NCBI GenBank assembly: GCA_004554485.1
Contig: SFLS01000003.1
Coordinates: 12,484-76,483, forward strand
Source: Oscillospiraceae bacterium
GTDB lineage: Bacteria > Bacillota > Clostridia > Oscillospirales > Ruminococcaceae
Length of the DNA stretch: 64,000 bases
Reading direction: 5' to 3'
The notes beneath the pieces were generated by a model, which was given only the letters and a program-made list of their open reading frames with translations, ran no database searches and was not told the origin of the DNA. Below are positions 1-9,951 of the stretch, piece after piece. Both the position numbers and the translations under genes were made by a program. How positions within the stretch are numbered: position 1 is the stretch's first letter; each line of letters starts with the position of its first letter.

Positions 1-1
1 C

Positions 2-199
2 GGACAGGGGATTGCCCGGGCGCTGGTGCGCCGCCTGATGCAGGAGGCGAGGACAGCGGGCTACCGGCAGATGCGGCTGGATACCTTTCCCTTTCTAAAG
101 GAGGCCATCGCCCTGTATAAAAGGGAAGGCTTTTACGAGATCCCGCGGTACAACCAGAACCCCATGCCCGGTTCCATCTATCTGCAGTGTGACCTGTAA
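2..199 (+). CDS. GNAT-family acetyltransferase, 3' part (truncated by window start)
   Basis: Manual translation GQGIARALVRRLMQEARTAGYRQMRLDTFPFLKEAIALYKREGF...; GNAT motif A and ALYxxxGF; stop at 197-199. Confidence 0.8.
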   Translation, partial: GQGIARALVRRLMQEARTAGYRQMRLDTFPFLKEAIALYKREGFYEIPRYNQNPMPGSIYLQCDL

Positions 200-230
200 C
201 CGAACGGGGCGGTATTTTGGCAGAAACCCC

Positions 231-259
231 TTGACAAGCCGACGGGGTGCGGCTATAAT
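231..259 (+). promoter_or_regulatory. sigma-A promoter of rplJ-rplL
   Basis: TTGACA (231-236), 17 nt, TATAAT (254-259). Confidence 0.85.
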
Positions 260-269
260 AATAGAGCTG

Positions 270-416
270 TTCCATAGACAGCAGGCACACGAAGGTGTGT
301 AAATGGTTTGTCAAACCGGCCTGCCGAGGAAATGAGCTACGATTGCATAATACCGGACGGTTTCACCGCCGGAGAACGGATCGCTCTTTCCAAGGTATGT
401 TGGAAAGAGCTTTTTT
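270..416 (+). ncRNA. L10 leader (ribosomal protein autoregulatory RNA) with attenuator terminator
   Basis: AGACAGCAGG...AA...CCTGCCGAGG motif upstream of rplJ, then hairpin GCTCTTTCCAA/TTGGAAAGAGC + T6 (383-416). Confidence 0.85.
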
Positions 417-451
417 AGTTTTCCTTATTATTTTTTGGGAGGTGAAACATT

Positions 452-961
452 TTGCCTAACGCTAATGTTCTCAAACAGAAACAGGAGCAGGTTGCTGCTC
501 TGGCAGAAAAGATGAAAAATTCCGCTGCCGGCGTCGTGGTGGATTACCGCGGCATTACCGTTGCCGACGATACCAAGCTGCGCCGTGAGCTGCGTGAGGC
601 CGGTGTGGAGTACGCTGTTATCAAGAATAACATCCTGCGCCGCGCCGCCGAGGAAGCGGGCCTGGGCGAGCTGACCGCGCATATGGTCGGCACCACCGCT
701 TTCGCTTATTCTCCCGAGGATCCCATCGCCGCTGCCAAGATCCTGAACAAGTTTGCCGAGGCCAGCAAGGATAAATTCGAGATCCGCGCCGGTTACATGG
801 ACGGCAAGGTTTTGGACAAGGACGGCGTGGTGGCCGTGGCCAAGCTGCCCGGCAAGCAGGAGCTGCTTACCATGCTGTGCATGGCCCTCAACGGCAACAT
901 CCGCGGCCTGGCCGTGGCGCTCAATGCCATCAAGGAGAAGAAGGAGACCGAGGCTGCCTGA
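452..961 (+). CDS. rplJ: 50S ribosomal protein L10
   Basis: VVVDYRGITV..TKLRRELRE..VIKNN motif; GGAGG RBS; TTG start. Confidence 0.97.
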   Translation: MPNANVLKQKQEQVAALAEKMKNSAAGVVVDYRGITVADDTKLRRELREAGVEYAVIKNNILRRAAEEAGLGELTAHMVGTTAFAYSPEDPIAAAKILNKFAEASKDKFEIRAGYMDGKVLDKDGVVAVAKLPGKQELLTMLCMALNGNIRGLAVALNAIKEKKETEAA

Positions 962-1024
962 TCGCCCTCGTGCTCCCCACCGTATACCCCTTCAATATTT
1001 TGATTTAACAGGAGGATTCATATC

Positions 1025-1393
1025 ATGGCTGATATCGCAAAATTTGTGGAAGAAATCAAAGGCCTGACCGTTATGGAGCTGGCCGACCTCGTTAAGGCGA
1101 TCGAAGAGGAGTTCGGCGTTTCCGCCGCTGCTCCCGTTATGGTAGCCGGCCCCGCTGCCGGTGCTGCCGCCGCCGATGAGAAATCCGAGTTTGACGTTGT
1201 TCTGGCAGAAGCCGGCGCTTCCAAGATGGGCGTCATCAAGCTGGTGAAGGAGATCACCGGCCTGGGCCTGAAAGAGGCGAAGGATCTGGTAGACAACGCT
1301 CCCAAGACCGTGAAGGAAGGCCTTTCCAAGGCCGAGGCCGAGGAAATGAAGGCCAAGCTGGAGGAAGCCGGCGCCAAGGTAGAGCTGAAGTAA
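1025..1393 (+). CDS. rplL: 50S ribosomal protein L7/L12
   Basis: [11 protein letters not shown] hinge; EFDVVL...[11 protein letters not shown]...GAKVELK. Confidence 0.98.
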   Translation: MADIAKFVEEIKGLTVMELADLVKAIEEEFGVSAAAPVMVAGPAAGAAAADEKSEFDVVLAEAGASKMGVIKLVKEITGLGLKEAKDLVDNAPKTVKEGLSKAEAEEMKAKLEEAGAKVELK

Positions 1394-1447
1394 TTCGGCC
1401 GCAGCCGTTATTCCTTTGCAAAACTAAAAAAGCCAAACCAAAATACC

Positions 1448-1483
1448 AAAAAGCCGTCCCTGAGCGATCGGGGACGGCTTTTT
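1448..1483. terminator. Intrinsic (bidirectional) terminator after rplL
   Basis: AAAAAGCCGTCCC...GGGACGGCTTTTT. Confidence 0.8.
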
Positions 1484-1487
1484 ATGC

Positions 1488-1676
1488 CTATGGCAGTGGA
1501 TCAAGCAGCAGGTGCAGCTCCTCCGTTAGCGCAAACAGCTTAAAATACAGTGCCCGATAGTCCGGCGTGTCGCTTTGCAGGCATACCTCCTCACATTCCC
1601 TTTGGACGGCAATGATCTTGTCCTGTGCCGTCAGGTGCTTTGCCGTAAATGCTGTCTGTCCGGTGGGATCATCCAT
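1488..1676 (-). CDS. Small hypothetical protein (62 aa)
   Basis: GAGGTG RBS upstream of ATG; ends at the bidirectional terminator. Confidence 0.55.
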   Translation of the reverse strand: MDDPTGQTAFTAKHLTAQDKIIAVQRECEEVCLQSDTPDYRALYFKLFALTEELHLLLDPLP

Positions 1677-1785
1677 TATTATTCACCTCTTTTTGTGTTG
1701 CACCATATCAGTGCAATTCTAATTCTTTTTCGCCTAAAATCAAGGATAGAATGTTCGGATTTAGTGCGGAAAAGAGGCGGAAACG

Positions 1786-2010
1786 ATGAACCAGCAGTAC
1801 AGTGAACGCATGGGGCGTCACATGGCGTTGCTGCGCCGGCAGAAAAAGCTGACGCAGGAGCAGCTTGCCGCGCGGCTGCAGGTGCAGGGCTGCGACCTGA
1901 CCCGCAGCGCCTTGGCAAAGGTAGAGGTGGGTCAGCGGCACCTGTACCCCGATGAGCTGAAAGCGCTGCGGAAAGCGCTGGGCGTAAGCTATGAGGAACT
2001 GTTTGTGTGA
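1786..2010 (+). CDS. XRE/Cro-type HTH transcriptional regulator
   Basis: LRRQKKLTQEQLAARLQ...TRSALAKVEVGQR HTH_3 pattern. Confidence 0.85.
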   Translation: MNQQYSERMGRHMALLRRQKKLTQEQLAARLQVQGCDLTRSALAKVEVGQRHLYPDELKALRKALGVSYEELFV

Positions 2011-2113
2011 TGTCGCACCGATAAAAAAGAGATGAACCGATAACGCCCCCGATTTTCACCGAAAAAACTCCCCCACCGCTGACCTGCGGCAGGGGAGAAA
2101 TTTTTATGCTGTT

Positions 2114-2650
2114 TTATTTGTAGCTCAACAGGTCGCTTACTTCCTTGCGCTTGGGTGGGGCAGGCTCCTCCGCCGGATACCCCAGCGGGATAAGGCAGGC
2201 GACCGTTTGCCCCTCGGGCAGTTCCAGCAGCTCCGCCAGCTTCTTTTCCTCGAAGATACCGAGGATGACCGAGCCGAGCCCTTTTTCGTGGGCGGCCAGC
2301 ACAAGGGTCTGGGCGGCTACGCCGCAGTCAAAGTTCTGCCAGCGGTCGCCCTTGGTGGTGGAAAAGCTGCCGTCGCGCTCGTAGCCGCAGCGGCCCTCCA
2401 GATAGGTGAGCACCATCAGCACCGGGGCGCCCCCGATAATGGCGGCGTTCCAGGGGATGGTGGCTTCTTCGGCGATGCGGGCTTTCAGCGCCGTATCCTC
2501 CACGGCGATGTAGCGGACGATCTGCGTGTTCTTCCAGCTGGGGGCAAAGCGGGCGGTTTCCACCAGCTCCTCCAGCAGCTCATGGGGAACCTTTTGTTCG
2601 GTGAATTTCCGCACACTGCGGCGGGTTCGGATGCATTCCAGGCTGTTCAT
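2114..2650 (-). CDS. Nitroreductase family protein
   Basis: IRTRRSVRKF...ARFAPSWKNTQ; LAAHEKGLGSVILG; LGYP. Confidence 0.92.
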   Translation of the reverse strand: MNSLECIRTRRSVRKFTEQKVPHELLEELVETARFAPSWKNTQIVRYIAVEDTALKARIAEEATIPWNAAIIGGAPVLMVLTYLEGRCGYERDGSFSTTKGDRWQNFDCGVAAQTLVLAAHEKGLGSVILGIFEEKKLAELLELPEGQTVACLIPLGYPAEEPAPPKRKEVSDLLSYK

Positions 2651-2668
2651 AGGGCGGCTCCTTTCGGC

Positions 2669-3142
2669 TTATGAATGGGGCTGGGGCGGCTCGGACCTCT
2701 GGGATCCTTCGCCGTCCTTCCCGTTGTTCCATTCCCGTTTGATTTTCTCCATGTTCTCCCAGTAGGGGTGCAGCTCGCTGTAATCGGGCGGGTCGATATC
2801 GCCTTTATCCCCGATGGCGGTGGAGGCGTTGCAGCAGACAAGATACAGGGCGGAAAGAACCACCCCCACAAGGGCCTGCCACAAAAAGCCGATTTTCCAC
2901 AGGGCAATGAGCGAGGCGGCCAGCGCCAAATAATCCAGCAGCGGCACCAGGCAGCGGGGACGGCCGATCAGGCCGAAAATGCCGCCGAGGAGAAACAGAA
3001 CGCCGCCGGCGGCGACGGTAACACGCCCCAGCAGATACTGGGTGAGGGTGGACTGCCAGTACAGCCACAGACCGCCGCACAGCAGGCAGAGGACGCAGAC
3101 CGGCCGGAAGAAGCGGGGCCAGTCAACATGGCTTTCCCTCAT
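2669..3142 (-). CDS. Hypothetical membrane protein
   Basis: Three to four hydrophobic segments; coupled to der. Confidence 0.65.
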   Translation of the reverse strand: MRESHVDWPRFFRPVCVLCLLCGGLWLYWQSTLTQYLLGRVTVAAGGVLFLLGGIFGLIGRPRCLVPLLDYLALAASLIALWKIGFLWQALVGVVLSALYLVCCNASTAIGDKGDIDPPDYSELHPYWENMEKIKREWNNGKDGEGSQRSEPPQPHS

Positions 3143-3143
3143 G

Positions 3144-4463
3144 TCATTCCCCCCTTTCCCGGATCAGCAGCCGGATGGGCGTGCCGGTCAGATCGTAGGT
3201 TTCGCGGATCTGGTTTTCCAGATACCGCTGGTAGCTGAAGTGGAACAGCTCCGCGCTGTTGCAGAAGCAGACGAAGGTGGGCGGCTTGATGGCGGCCTGG
3301 GTCATATAGTAGATCTTGAGCCGCTTGCCCTTATCGCTGGGCGGCTGCACCCGCGCGGTAGCGTAGCCCAGCAGGTCGTTGAGCCGGCCGGTGGTGATGC
3401 GCAGACAGGCATTGGCCGCCACCTGGTTGATGAGCGGGAACAGCTTGTCGACCCGCTGGCCGGTTTTGGCGCTGATGAACAAAAACGGGACGTAGCTCAT
3501 GAAGCTGAAATCCACCTTCAGCCGGTCAGTGAACTCTTTCATGGTTTTATCGTCCTTTTCCACGGCGTCCCATTTGTTGACGCAGACAATACAGGCCTTG
3601 CCCTGCTCGTGGGCGTAGCCGGCAATCTTGCTGTCCTGCTCGGTAAAGCCCTCCAGGGCGTCGATGAGGATGACGGCGACGTCGCAGCGGTCCACCGCCA
3701 TATAGCTGCGCAGAACGCTGTACCGCTCAATGGCATCCTCCACCTTGGCTTTGCGGCGGATGCCGGCGGTATCGATGAAGATGTACTTGCCGAATTCGTT
3801 TTCGATGACGGTATCGGTGGCGTCGCGGGTGGTGCCGGCGATATCGCTGACGATGACCCGCTCCTCCCCGGCCAGGTAGTTGATGAGGGAGCTTTTGCCC
3901 ACGTTGGGTTTGCCGATCACAGCGACCTTGGTGTATTCCTCGGGGTAATCCTGCCGGTTTTCCCAGTCGATCTTTTCCATGCAGGCATCCAGCAGGTCGC
4001 CGGTGCCGTGCCCGTGGACCGAGGAAACGGGATAGGGGTCGCCCAGGCCGAGATTATAGAATTCGTAAAATTCCGGCGGGACAGTGCCGAGGGAGTCGCA
4101 TTTATTGACGCACAGCACCACCGGCTTGCCGCTTTTCTGCAGCAGATGGGCAATTTCGGCATCGTTGGCGGTCACGCCGCTTTTCAAATCCACCACAAAG
4201 AGGATGACATCGGCGGAATCGATGGCGATCTGGGCCTGCATACGCATCTTGCTCAGCAGCAGGTCGTCGGCCTTCGGTTCGATGCCGCCGGTATCCACCA
4301 GCATGAATTCCCGACCGCACCATTCGCCGGGGGCGTAGATGCGGTCCCGGGTGACGCCGGGGGTATCCTCCACGATGGAAAGCCGCTGGCCGGTGAGTTT
4401 ATTGAACAGGGTGGATTTACCGACATTGGGCCGGCCTACCACCGCGATCAGTGGCTTGGACAT
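3144..4463 (-). CDS. der: Ribosome biogenesis GTPase Der (EngA)
   Basis: Two G domains (GRPNVGKS, GKPNVGKS; DTGG, DTAG) and KH-like C-terminus. Confidence 0.97.
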   Translation of the reverse strand: MSKPLIAVVGRPNVGKSTLFNKLTGQRLSIVEDTPGVTRDRIYAPGEWCGREFMLVDTGGIEPKADDLLLSKMRMQAQIAIDSADVILFVVDLKSGVTANDAEIAHLLQKSGKPVVLCVNKCDSLGTVPPEFYEFYNLGLGDPYPVSSVHGHGTGDLLDACMEKIDWENRQDYPEEYTKVAVIGKPNVGKSSLINYLAGEERVIVSDIAGTTRDATDTVIENEFGKYIFIDTAGIRRKAKVEDAIERYSVLRSYMAVDRCDVAVILIDALEGFTEQDSKIAGYAHEQGKACIVCVNKWDAVEKDDKTMKEFTDRLKVDFSFMSYVPFLFISAKTGQRVDKLFPLINQVAANACLRITTGRLNDLLGYATARVQPPSDKGKRLKIYYMTQAAIKPPTFVCFCNSAELFHFSYQRYLENQIRETYDLTGTPIRLLIRERGE

Positions 4464-4518
4464 ATCGTTTCACTTCCTTTCGGGGGAGATGGGACAGGGG
4501 AAGGCTGCCGCGGAGAGT

Positions 4519-6264
4519 TTACATGACCTCCGGGGCGGTGATCTTCAGGATGGCGAGGGTATTTTTCAGCACGGTGGCCGTGGCGCGGCAGAGCGCGGCG
4601 CGGGCGGCGCAGAGGGCGGGGTCCTCGCACTTGACCCGGCAGTTCTGGTAGAACTTGTGGTACAGGGCGGCGACCTCGGTGGCGTAGCGGGTGATGCGCG
4701 CCGGATCGTAGAACCGGGCGGCTGCCACGATCTCATCGGGGAGCTGCCCCAGCTTGCGGGCCAGCTCCCGCTCCTCGGGCGCGGCCAGCAGGGTGAGGTC
4801 GGCCTTTTGCAGCGCCTCGGGCGTCAGGCCCTCGGCGGCGACCAGCTTGAGCACCGAGCAGATGCGGGCGTGGGCGTACTGGACATAGTAGACGGGATTT
4901 TCGCTGCTTTGCTGCACCGCCAGGTCCAGGTCAAAATCGAAGGTGGCATTTGGCTCCCGCATATTGAAGAAGAACCGCGCGGCATCGATGGGCACGTCAT
5001 CCAGCAGGTCGGTCAGTGTGACGGCGCGGCCGCTGCGCTTGCTCATGCGGTAGGGCTGGCCGTCCTTCATCAGCCGCACCAGCTGCATCAGCACGATATC
5101 CAGCTTGTCCCCGTCCAGGCCGATGGCATCCATGGCGCCTTTGAGCCGGGCAACATGGCCGTGGTGGTCGGCGCCCCAGACATTGATGACCCGCTGAAAG
5201 CCGCGCTCGGCAAATTTATTGTAGTGATAGGCAATATCGGCGGCAAAGTAGGTGGGGACCCCGTTGGCCCGCACCAGCACGTCGTCCTTCAGCTCGGCGG
5301 TCTCCGCTTCGGTCAGGGGCCGGCCGGCCTGTTCGGCCTTTTGGGTCATCATTTTGATGTTGTTGTACCACAAAGCGCCGTCTTTTTCGTAGGCCCAGCC
5401 GCTGTCCTTCAGCTTTTGACAGACGGCGGCTACCTTGCCCTCCCGGTGCAGCTCGCTTTCCCGGAACCAGACATCGTAACGGATGCGGTAGCGGCCGAGA
5501 TCCCGTTCCAGGGCGGCGATGTTTTTCGGCAGCGCGTAGGCCACCAGCGCGTCGCGGCGCTCCTGCTCCGGCACGGCGACATAGCGGTCGCCGTGAAGCG
5601 CGGCAAAGGCCTTGGCGTGGTCGATGATATCCAGCCCCTGATAGCAGTCCTCCGGCAGGGGGTGGCGTTCCTCGCCCTCGAAGAGCTGCAGGTACCGCAC
5701 CGACAGCGAGGCGCCGAATTTATTGATCTGGTTGCCGGCGTCGTTGACGTAGAATTCCCGGGTGACGCGGTGGCCGCTCCATTCCAGGGCGGCGGCCAGG
5801 CAGTCGCCGATGGCGCCGCCGCGGGCGTTGCCCATGTGCATGGGGCCGGTGGGGTTGGCGGAAACAAATTCCACCATGACCTTTTCGCCGCGGCCGTAAT
5901 CGCTGCGGCCGAAGGCTTCGCCCTTTTGCAGCACCTCCCCGGTGAGGGAAGCAAACCAGGTCTGCTCCATGTAGAAATTGATGAAGCCGGGCCCGGCGAC
6001 CTCGCAGCGCTCCACCGGCAGGGAGCCGAAATCAAACCGCTCCGTCAGCAGCGCGGCGAGCCTCTGCGGGGCCATGCGCATGGTGCGGGCGTTGACCATG
6101 GCGGCGTTGGCGGCAAAGTCGCCGTTGGCGGTATCGCCGGGGACCTCCACCACAAAGGGGGCGGGTTCGGCGGCGGGCAGCAGGCCCTCGGCGGCGGCTG
6201 CGGCAAAGGCGGCGGAAATGACCGCCGCGAGCTGCCGGCGGGTCTCATCGAAGCGGGAAATCAT
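4519..6264 (-). CDS. argS: Arginine--tRNA ligase
   Basis: EFVSANPTGPMHMGNARG, WGADHHGH, RMSKRSG, YYVQYAHARI. Confidence 0.97.
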   Translation of the reverse strand: MISRFDETRRQLAAVISAAFAAAAAEGLLPAAEPAPFVVEVPGDTANGDFAANAAMVNARTMRMAPQRLAALLTERFDFGSLPVERCEVAGPGFINFYMEQTWFASLTGEVLQKGEAFGRSDYGRGEKVMVEFVSANPTGPMHMGNARGGAIGDCLAAALEWSGHRVTREFYVNDAGNQINKFGASLSVRYLQLFEGEERHPLPEDCYQGLDIIDHAKAFAALHGDRYVAVPEQERRDALVAYALPKNIAALERDLGRYRIRYDVWFRESELHREGKVAAVCQKLKDSGWAYEKDGALWYNNIKMMTQKAEQAGRPLTEAETAELKDDVLVRANGVPTYFAADIAYHYNKFAERGFQRVINVWGADHHGHVARLKGAMDAIGLDGDKLDIVLMQLVRLMKDGQPYRMSKRSGRAVTLTDLLDDVPIDAARFFFNMREPNATFDFDLDLAVQQSSENPVYYVQYAHARICSVLKLVAAEGLTPEALQKADLTLLAAPEERELARKLGQLPDEIVAAARFYDPARITRYATEVAALYHKFYQNCRVKCEDPALCAARAALCRATATVLKNTLAILKITAPEVM

Positions 6265-6313
6265 AGCTGTTCATTCTCCTTAAAGATACAAAGTTGTTAA
6301 TGATAAACGGGAT

Positions 6314-6748
6314 TTACCGGGGAAGGACGGTGACGTAGACGGCGTTTTCGCTGATCAGCGCGGTATTGACATCCAGCGAGTAGTGGAACTCCAGCTGACC
6401 GCCCTCCGGCGTGAGTTGGGCGTGGACCCGACTGCCGTTGACCCCCAGGACGAGGTTGCCGTAGCCGGTATCGTAGGTGCACTGGTGGCGGCGGCCCTCC
6501 TCCACGATGAGCTGGGAATGCACCGCCCCGGTGCGCAGAAGGACGACCTCGCCCTTTTGGGGGTCGACCCGCAGGGTGGTGTGGCAGCCGCCGTAGCCGG
6601 TGGCGTCGCTTTCCTCGTAGCGGATGAGCCAGCGGCCCCCGTGGGAGGTGAACCTTCCGCCGGTGACCAGCTCCACGGTATCCTCTTCGCCCTCCACCAC
6701 CTGGACGCCCCGGACGGTGACGGTACAGTTTTCCTGTTCAGCTTTCAT
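6314..6748 (-). CDS. DUF1934 (YwiB-like) protein
   Basis: IRYEES...YDTGYG beta-rich pattern; typical position next to argS. Confidence 0.8.
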   Translation of the reverse strand: MKAEQENCTVTVRGVQVVEGEEDTVELVTGGRFTSHGGRWLIRYEESDATGYGGCHTTLRVDPQKGEVVLLRTGAVHSQLIVEEGRRHQCTYDTGYGNLVLGVNGSRVHAQLTPEGGQLEFHYSLDVNTALISENAVYVTVLPR

Positions 6749-7565
6749 GGGGGTCACCTCCGGTCAGTTCGGCAAGGGGCAGCAGCGAGAGGCGGGAGCC
6801 GATATCCTGTCCCAGCAGCCGGGTGGCCGTCTGCAGGGCAGCTGGCGGCGGGGCGGCGGTAAACCAGAAGGCCCCGGCCGGGGAGCCTTCCGCGGACAGC
6901 AGGCGGGCTTGTCCCAGTGCGGCGGCCGCGGCGGCTGCGGTTTCGGCGGCGCAGTCGATCAGGGTGACCGAAGGGCCGAGCACGGCGGCAAACGCCCCGG
7001 CGATAAGCGGATAGTGGGTGCAGCCCAGCACCACGGTATCCACATGGTTTTCCAGAAAAGGACGGCAGTACTCCGCCACGGCGGCGGCCAGCCGGGGATC
7101 CTCCGCGGTCACGCCCTGCTCGATCATCGGGGCGAGCAGCGGGCAGGCCGCGTTGACGACCGGCTGCCCGGTTTGACGGGTGATGGCCCGGGCAAAGCGG
7201 CCGCTGCGGACGGTGGCTTCGGTAGCGGCCAGCCCGATACGGCCACAGACGCTGCGGCGGGCGGCAGCTTCGGCCGCGGCGGAAACAACGTCAAAGCAGG
7301 GGACGGGCAGCCGCTGCAAAGAGGGGGCGTTGCAGCTGATGGTGCCGCAGGCGGCGATCAGCGCTTTGACGCCCCGGCGCAGCAGCCAGGCGGTGATCTG
7401 CCCGGTAAAGGCGTCAATCTCGCCGGCGGGGCGGCAGCCGTAGGGCATCCGGGCGGTATCACCGAGGTATAGAATGGGTTCCTCCGGCAGCAGGCGCCGC
7501 AGGGCACGGACGGCGGAAAGCCCGCCGATGCCGGAATCAAAGACCCCGATGGGACGGGGATCCAT
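6738..7565 (-). CDS. murI: Glutamate racemase
   Basis: PIGVFDSGIGGLS, DTARMPYG, ACGT, VLGCTHYP. Confidence 0.93.
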   Translation of the reverse strand: MDPRPIGVFDSGIGGLSAVRALRRLLPEEPILYLGDTARMPYGCRPAGEIDAFTGQITAWLLRRGVKALIAACGTISCNAPSLQRLPVPCFDVVSAAAEAAARRSVCGRIGLAATEATVRSGRFARAITRQTGQPVVNAACPLLAPMIEQGVTAEDPRLAAAVAEYCRPFLENHVDTVVLGCTHYPLIAGAFAAVLGPSVTLIDCAAETAAAAAAALGQARLLSAEGSPAGAFWFTAAPPPAALQTATRLLGQDIGSRLSLLPLAELTGGDPHES

Positions 7566-7612
7566 GGCGGCACCTCCTTTCGGGTAAAATCAAGAAAAAA
7601 CAATAAACTGCG

Positions 7613-8686
7613 TCAGCGGGGCTCCAGTGCCAGTTCGATGAGATGATCGAGCAGCCGGGGGTAGGTGTAGCCGCTGGCAAGGAACAGCTTGGGGAACATG
7701 CTGATGCTGGTAAAGCCGGGCAGGGTGTTGATCTCATTCAGACGGACGCTGCCGTCCGGCAGGGCAAAGAAATCCACCCGGGCCAGGCCCATGCAGTCCA
7801 TGGCCCGGTAGGCGGCCACCGCCGTGCGGCGCAGCAGCTCGGTCTGCTCCTGCGGAATGCGCGCCGGAAGGAACAGCGCGGTGGAGCCGTCGAGATACTT
7901 GCCCTCATAATCATACAGGTCCCGCGTCGGGACGATCTCGCCCAGCACATCGCTGGCGACGGCGCTGCGGTGGTGCCCCATTACGGCACACTCCACCTCG
8001 GCGCCGGTGATGGCTTCCTCGATGAGGACCTTGCGGTCGTAGCGCAGGGCTTCCTCCAGCGCCGCCTGCAGTTCGGCGGGGTTATTGGCCCGGCTGACCC
8101 CCACGGAGGAGCCCAGGTTGACCGGCTTGACAAACACCGGCCAGCCCAGCTGGGCTTCAACGCGGGCGGTCAGCTCCTCCGGCTGCGGCAGCTCGCCGCG
8201 GTAGACGGTAAAGCCCCGCGCCACCGGAATACCGGCGGCGGCGATCAGACGCTTGGCGATATCCTTATCCATGCAGTTGGCACTGCCGGTGACGCCGCAG
8301 CCGACATAGGGCAGGCAGGCCAGCTCCAGCAGGCCCTGCACCGTGCCGTCTTCGCCGTTCATGCCGTGCAGGACGGGGAAAACCACGTCCACCCGCCGCG
8401 GCAGCCAGCCTTCGGGTGTCTGTACCAGCAGGCCGTGGTGCGCCGGGTCGGGAGAGAGCAGGCAGGGGGTCAGCGCGTCGCTTTGCGCCCAGCGGCCGTC
8501 GGCGATCAGCGAAATCTCGCCGGAATACAGGAACCAGCTGCCCTGCCGGGTGATGCCGACCGGCAGGATCTCGTACTTTTCGGGATCCAGCTGCTGCAGC
8601 ACCGAGGTGGCCGAAAGCTGGGAAACATCGTGCTCGGTGGAGGCACCGCCGAACAGAACGGCGACAGTGAGCCTGGGTTTCGACAT
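7613..8686 (-). CDS. ddl: D-alanine--D-alanine ligase
   Basis: LFGGASTEHDVS, FPVLHGMNGEDGTVQG, GSSVGVS, YDYEGKY, NEINTLPGFT. Confidence 0.93.
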   Translation of the reverse strand: MSKPRLTVAVLFGGASTEHDVSQLSATSVLQQLDPEKYEILPVGITRQGSWFLYSGEISLIADGRWAQSDALTPCLLSPDPAHHGLLVQTPEGWLPRRVDVVFPVLHGMNGEDGTVQGLLELACLPYVGCGVTGSANCMDKDIAKRLIAAAGIPVARGFTVYRGELPQPEELTARVEAQLGWPVFVKPVNLGSSVGVSRANNPAELQAALEEALRYDRKVLIEEAITGAEVECAVMGHHRSAVASDVLGEIVPTRDLYDYEGKYLDGSTALFLPARIPQEQTELLRRTAVAAYRAMDCMGLARVDFFALPDGSVRLNEINTLPGFTSISMFPKLFLASGYTYPRLLDHLIELALEPR

Positions 8687-8793
8687 GGTAAAAGCCCCTT
8701 TCCAAAACTGTGGAATATTACATTTTATCATACCACATTTTTATGCGGGGCGCAATGAATTATTATAAAATGTGGGGCGGCAGCGGCGGCTCT

Positions 8794-9660
8794 TCACACC
8801 GCCGGAAAGGCGGCACGCAGGCAGGTGAGGGAGACCTCCGAAAGGTAGTAGCCATCCTGCCCGACAGTACCGTCCAGATAGACGCAGTAAACCGGCAGCT
8901 CCGGCCGCCCGGCGAGGGAGCAGAGGGCGGTGCGGCGCTCCAGATAGTCCAGCAGCGAAAGATCGCTTTGACTGTGGGAAAGCAGGGTGCCGACCAGAGC
9001 CTCGCCGCTTTCGGTCAGGACGGCGGGCAGGTGCTGCCGGATCAGGCTGCCCAGCAGCTCGGCGGCACGGTCGCTGCGGCGGGCGGGGTCCGCCGGGGCC
9101 TGCAGGGTAAGCAGATCGGACAGGGCCGCGCCGTCCAGCCGATATTCGCCGGGCGGGAAGGAAACGCGGTGGCCGGAGGTTTCTCCGGAAAGGGCGGCGG
9201 TGAGGGTAAAGGGCAGCGGGCCGCAGGCCTCCATCACGGCGGAAAGCTGCCGGCGGTTCTGGACGAGGGCGCCGTCGATGGGAACGCCCAGCCAGGCGGA
9301 AAGCTGCCGGCGCAGATAGTCGGCGCCGCCCTGCCGGTAGGCCGCGGCCAGGGTGTTCTGCTCGCCGCCGGCGCTCCAGACCGTTTCGGGGGGCAGCACC
9401 GCCGTCTGCACGGCGATGAGATCCGGCTGGAAGGAGACGAGGGCGCAGACGGTCAGCTCCTCCGATTCGCCGACGCCCAGGGCCAGGACGGTAAGGCGGG
9501 AGGAGGCATCGGGGAGCAGCCGGGTCTCGTTGGGGGGCGCGTCGCTGCCGGGCCGGCTGCTGATGATCCACCAGCCCAGCAGAAAAACGGCGGCCGCCGC
9601 GGCAATGGAGACGGCAAAGGTGCGGAAAAAGACGGCGGGACGGGATTCACTGTGCTTCAT
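8794..9660 (-). CDS. LCP (LytR-CpsA-Psr)-like membrane-anchored protein, divergent
   Basis: N-terminal TM; LTVLALG...TLAAAYRQGG...LGVPIDG...YRLDGAALSDLL resembles the LCP fold. Confidence 0.55.
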   Translation of the reverse strand: MKHSESRPAVFFRTFAVSIAAAAAVFLLGWWIISSRPGSDAPPNETRLLPDASSRLTVLALGVGESEELTVCALVSFQPDLIAVQTAVLPPETVWSAGGEQNTLAAAYRQGGADYLRRQLSAWLGVPIDGALVQNRRQLSAVMEACGPLPFTLTAALSGETSGHRVSFPPGEYRLDGAALSDLLTLQAPADPARRSDRAAELLGSLIRQHLPAVLTESGEALVGTLLSHSQSDLSLLDYLERRTALCSLAGRPELPVYCVYLDGTVGQDGYYLSEVSLTCLRAAFPAV

Positions 9661-9821
9661 AGGGGAACCTCCGGCAGATGGAAATAGCAGACGGGTGTCC
9701 GCCGAACGTCCGGAAAAGACCGGCCGAAACGGCAGAACGGCATCACTCCACAGTATGGGGCGCGCGCAGGTCCGTCATGCAAAAAAGGGCGGAAAACCGG
9801 GGGGAAAATACGCCGCAAGGC

Positions 9822-9850
9822 TTGACAACGGCGGGGGAAGTCCCTATAAT
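9822..9850 (+). promoter_or_regulatory. sigma-A promoter of yceD-rpmF
   Basis: TTGACA (9822-9827), 17 nt, TATAAT (9845-9850). Confidence 0.85.
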
Positions 9851-9951
9851 AGCTTTGTGTCCGTCCGAAAGGGGGTATTGCGCCCTTTTGCGGATGGCGA
9901 CCCCATTATAAGCGGCGGGGAATCCCCCCGAACCAAAAGGAGGGAGGCACC

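Noticed and set aside
6738..7565. MurI as inactive because it has ACGT instead of ACNT
   Set aside because: Both catalytic cysteines and the other motifs are retained; most likely a lineage variant.
7613..8686. Vancomycin-resistance (Van-type) ligase
   Set aside because: Has the Ddl-type YDYxxKY omega loop, sits in a murI-argS housekeeping run, and has no vanH/X/T/RS neighbours.
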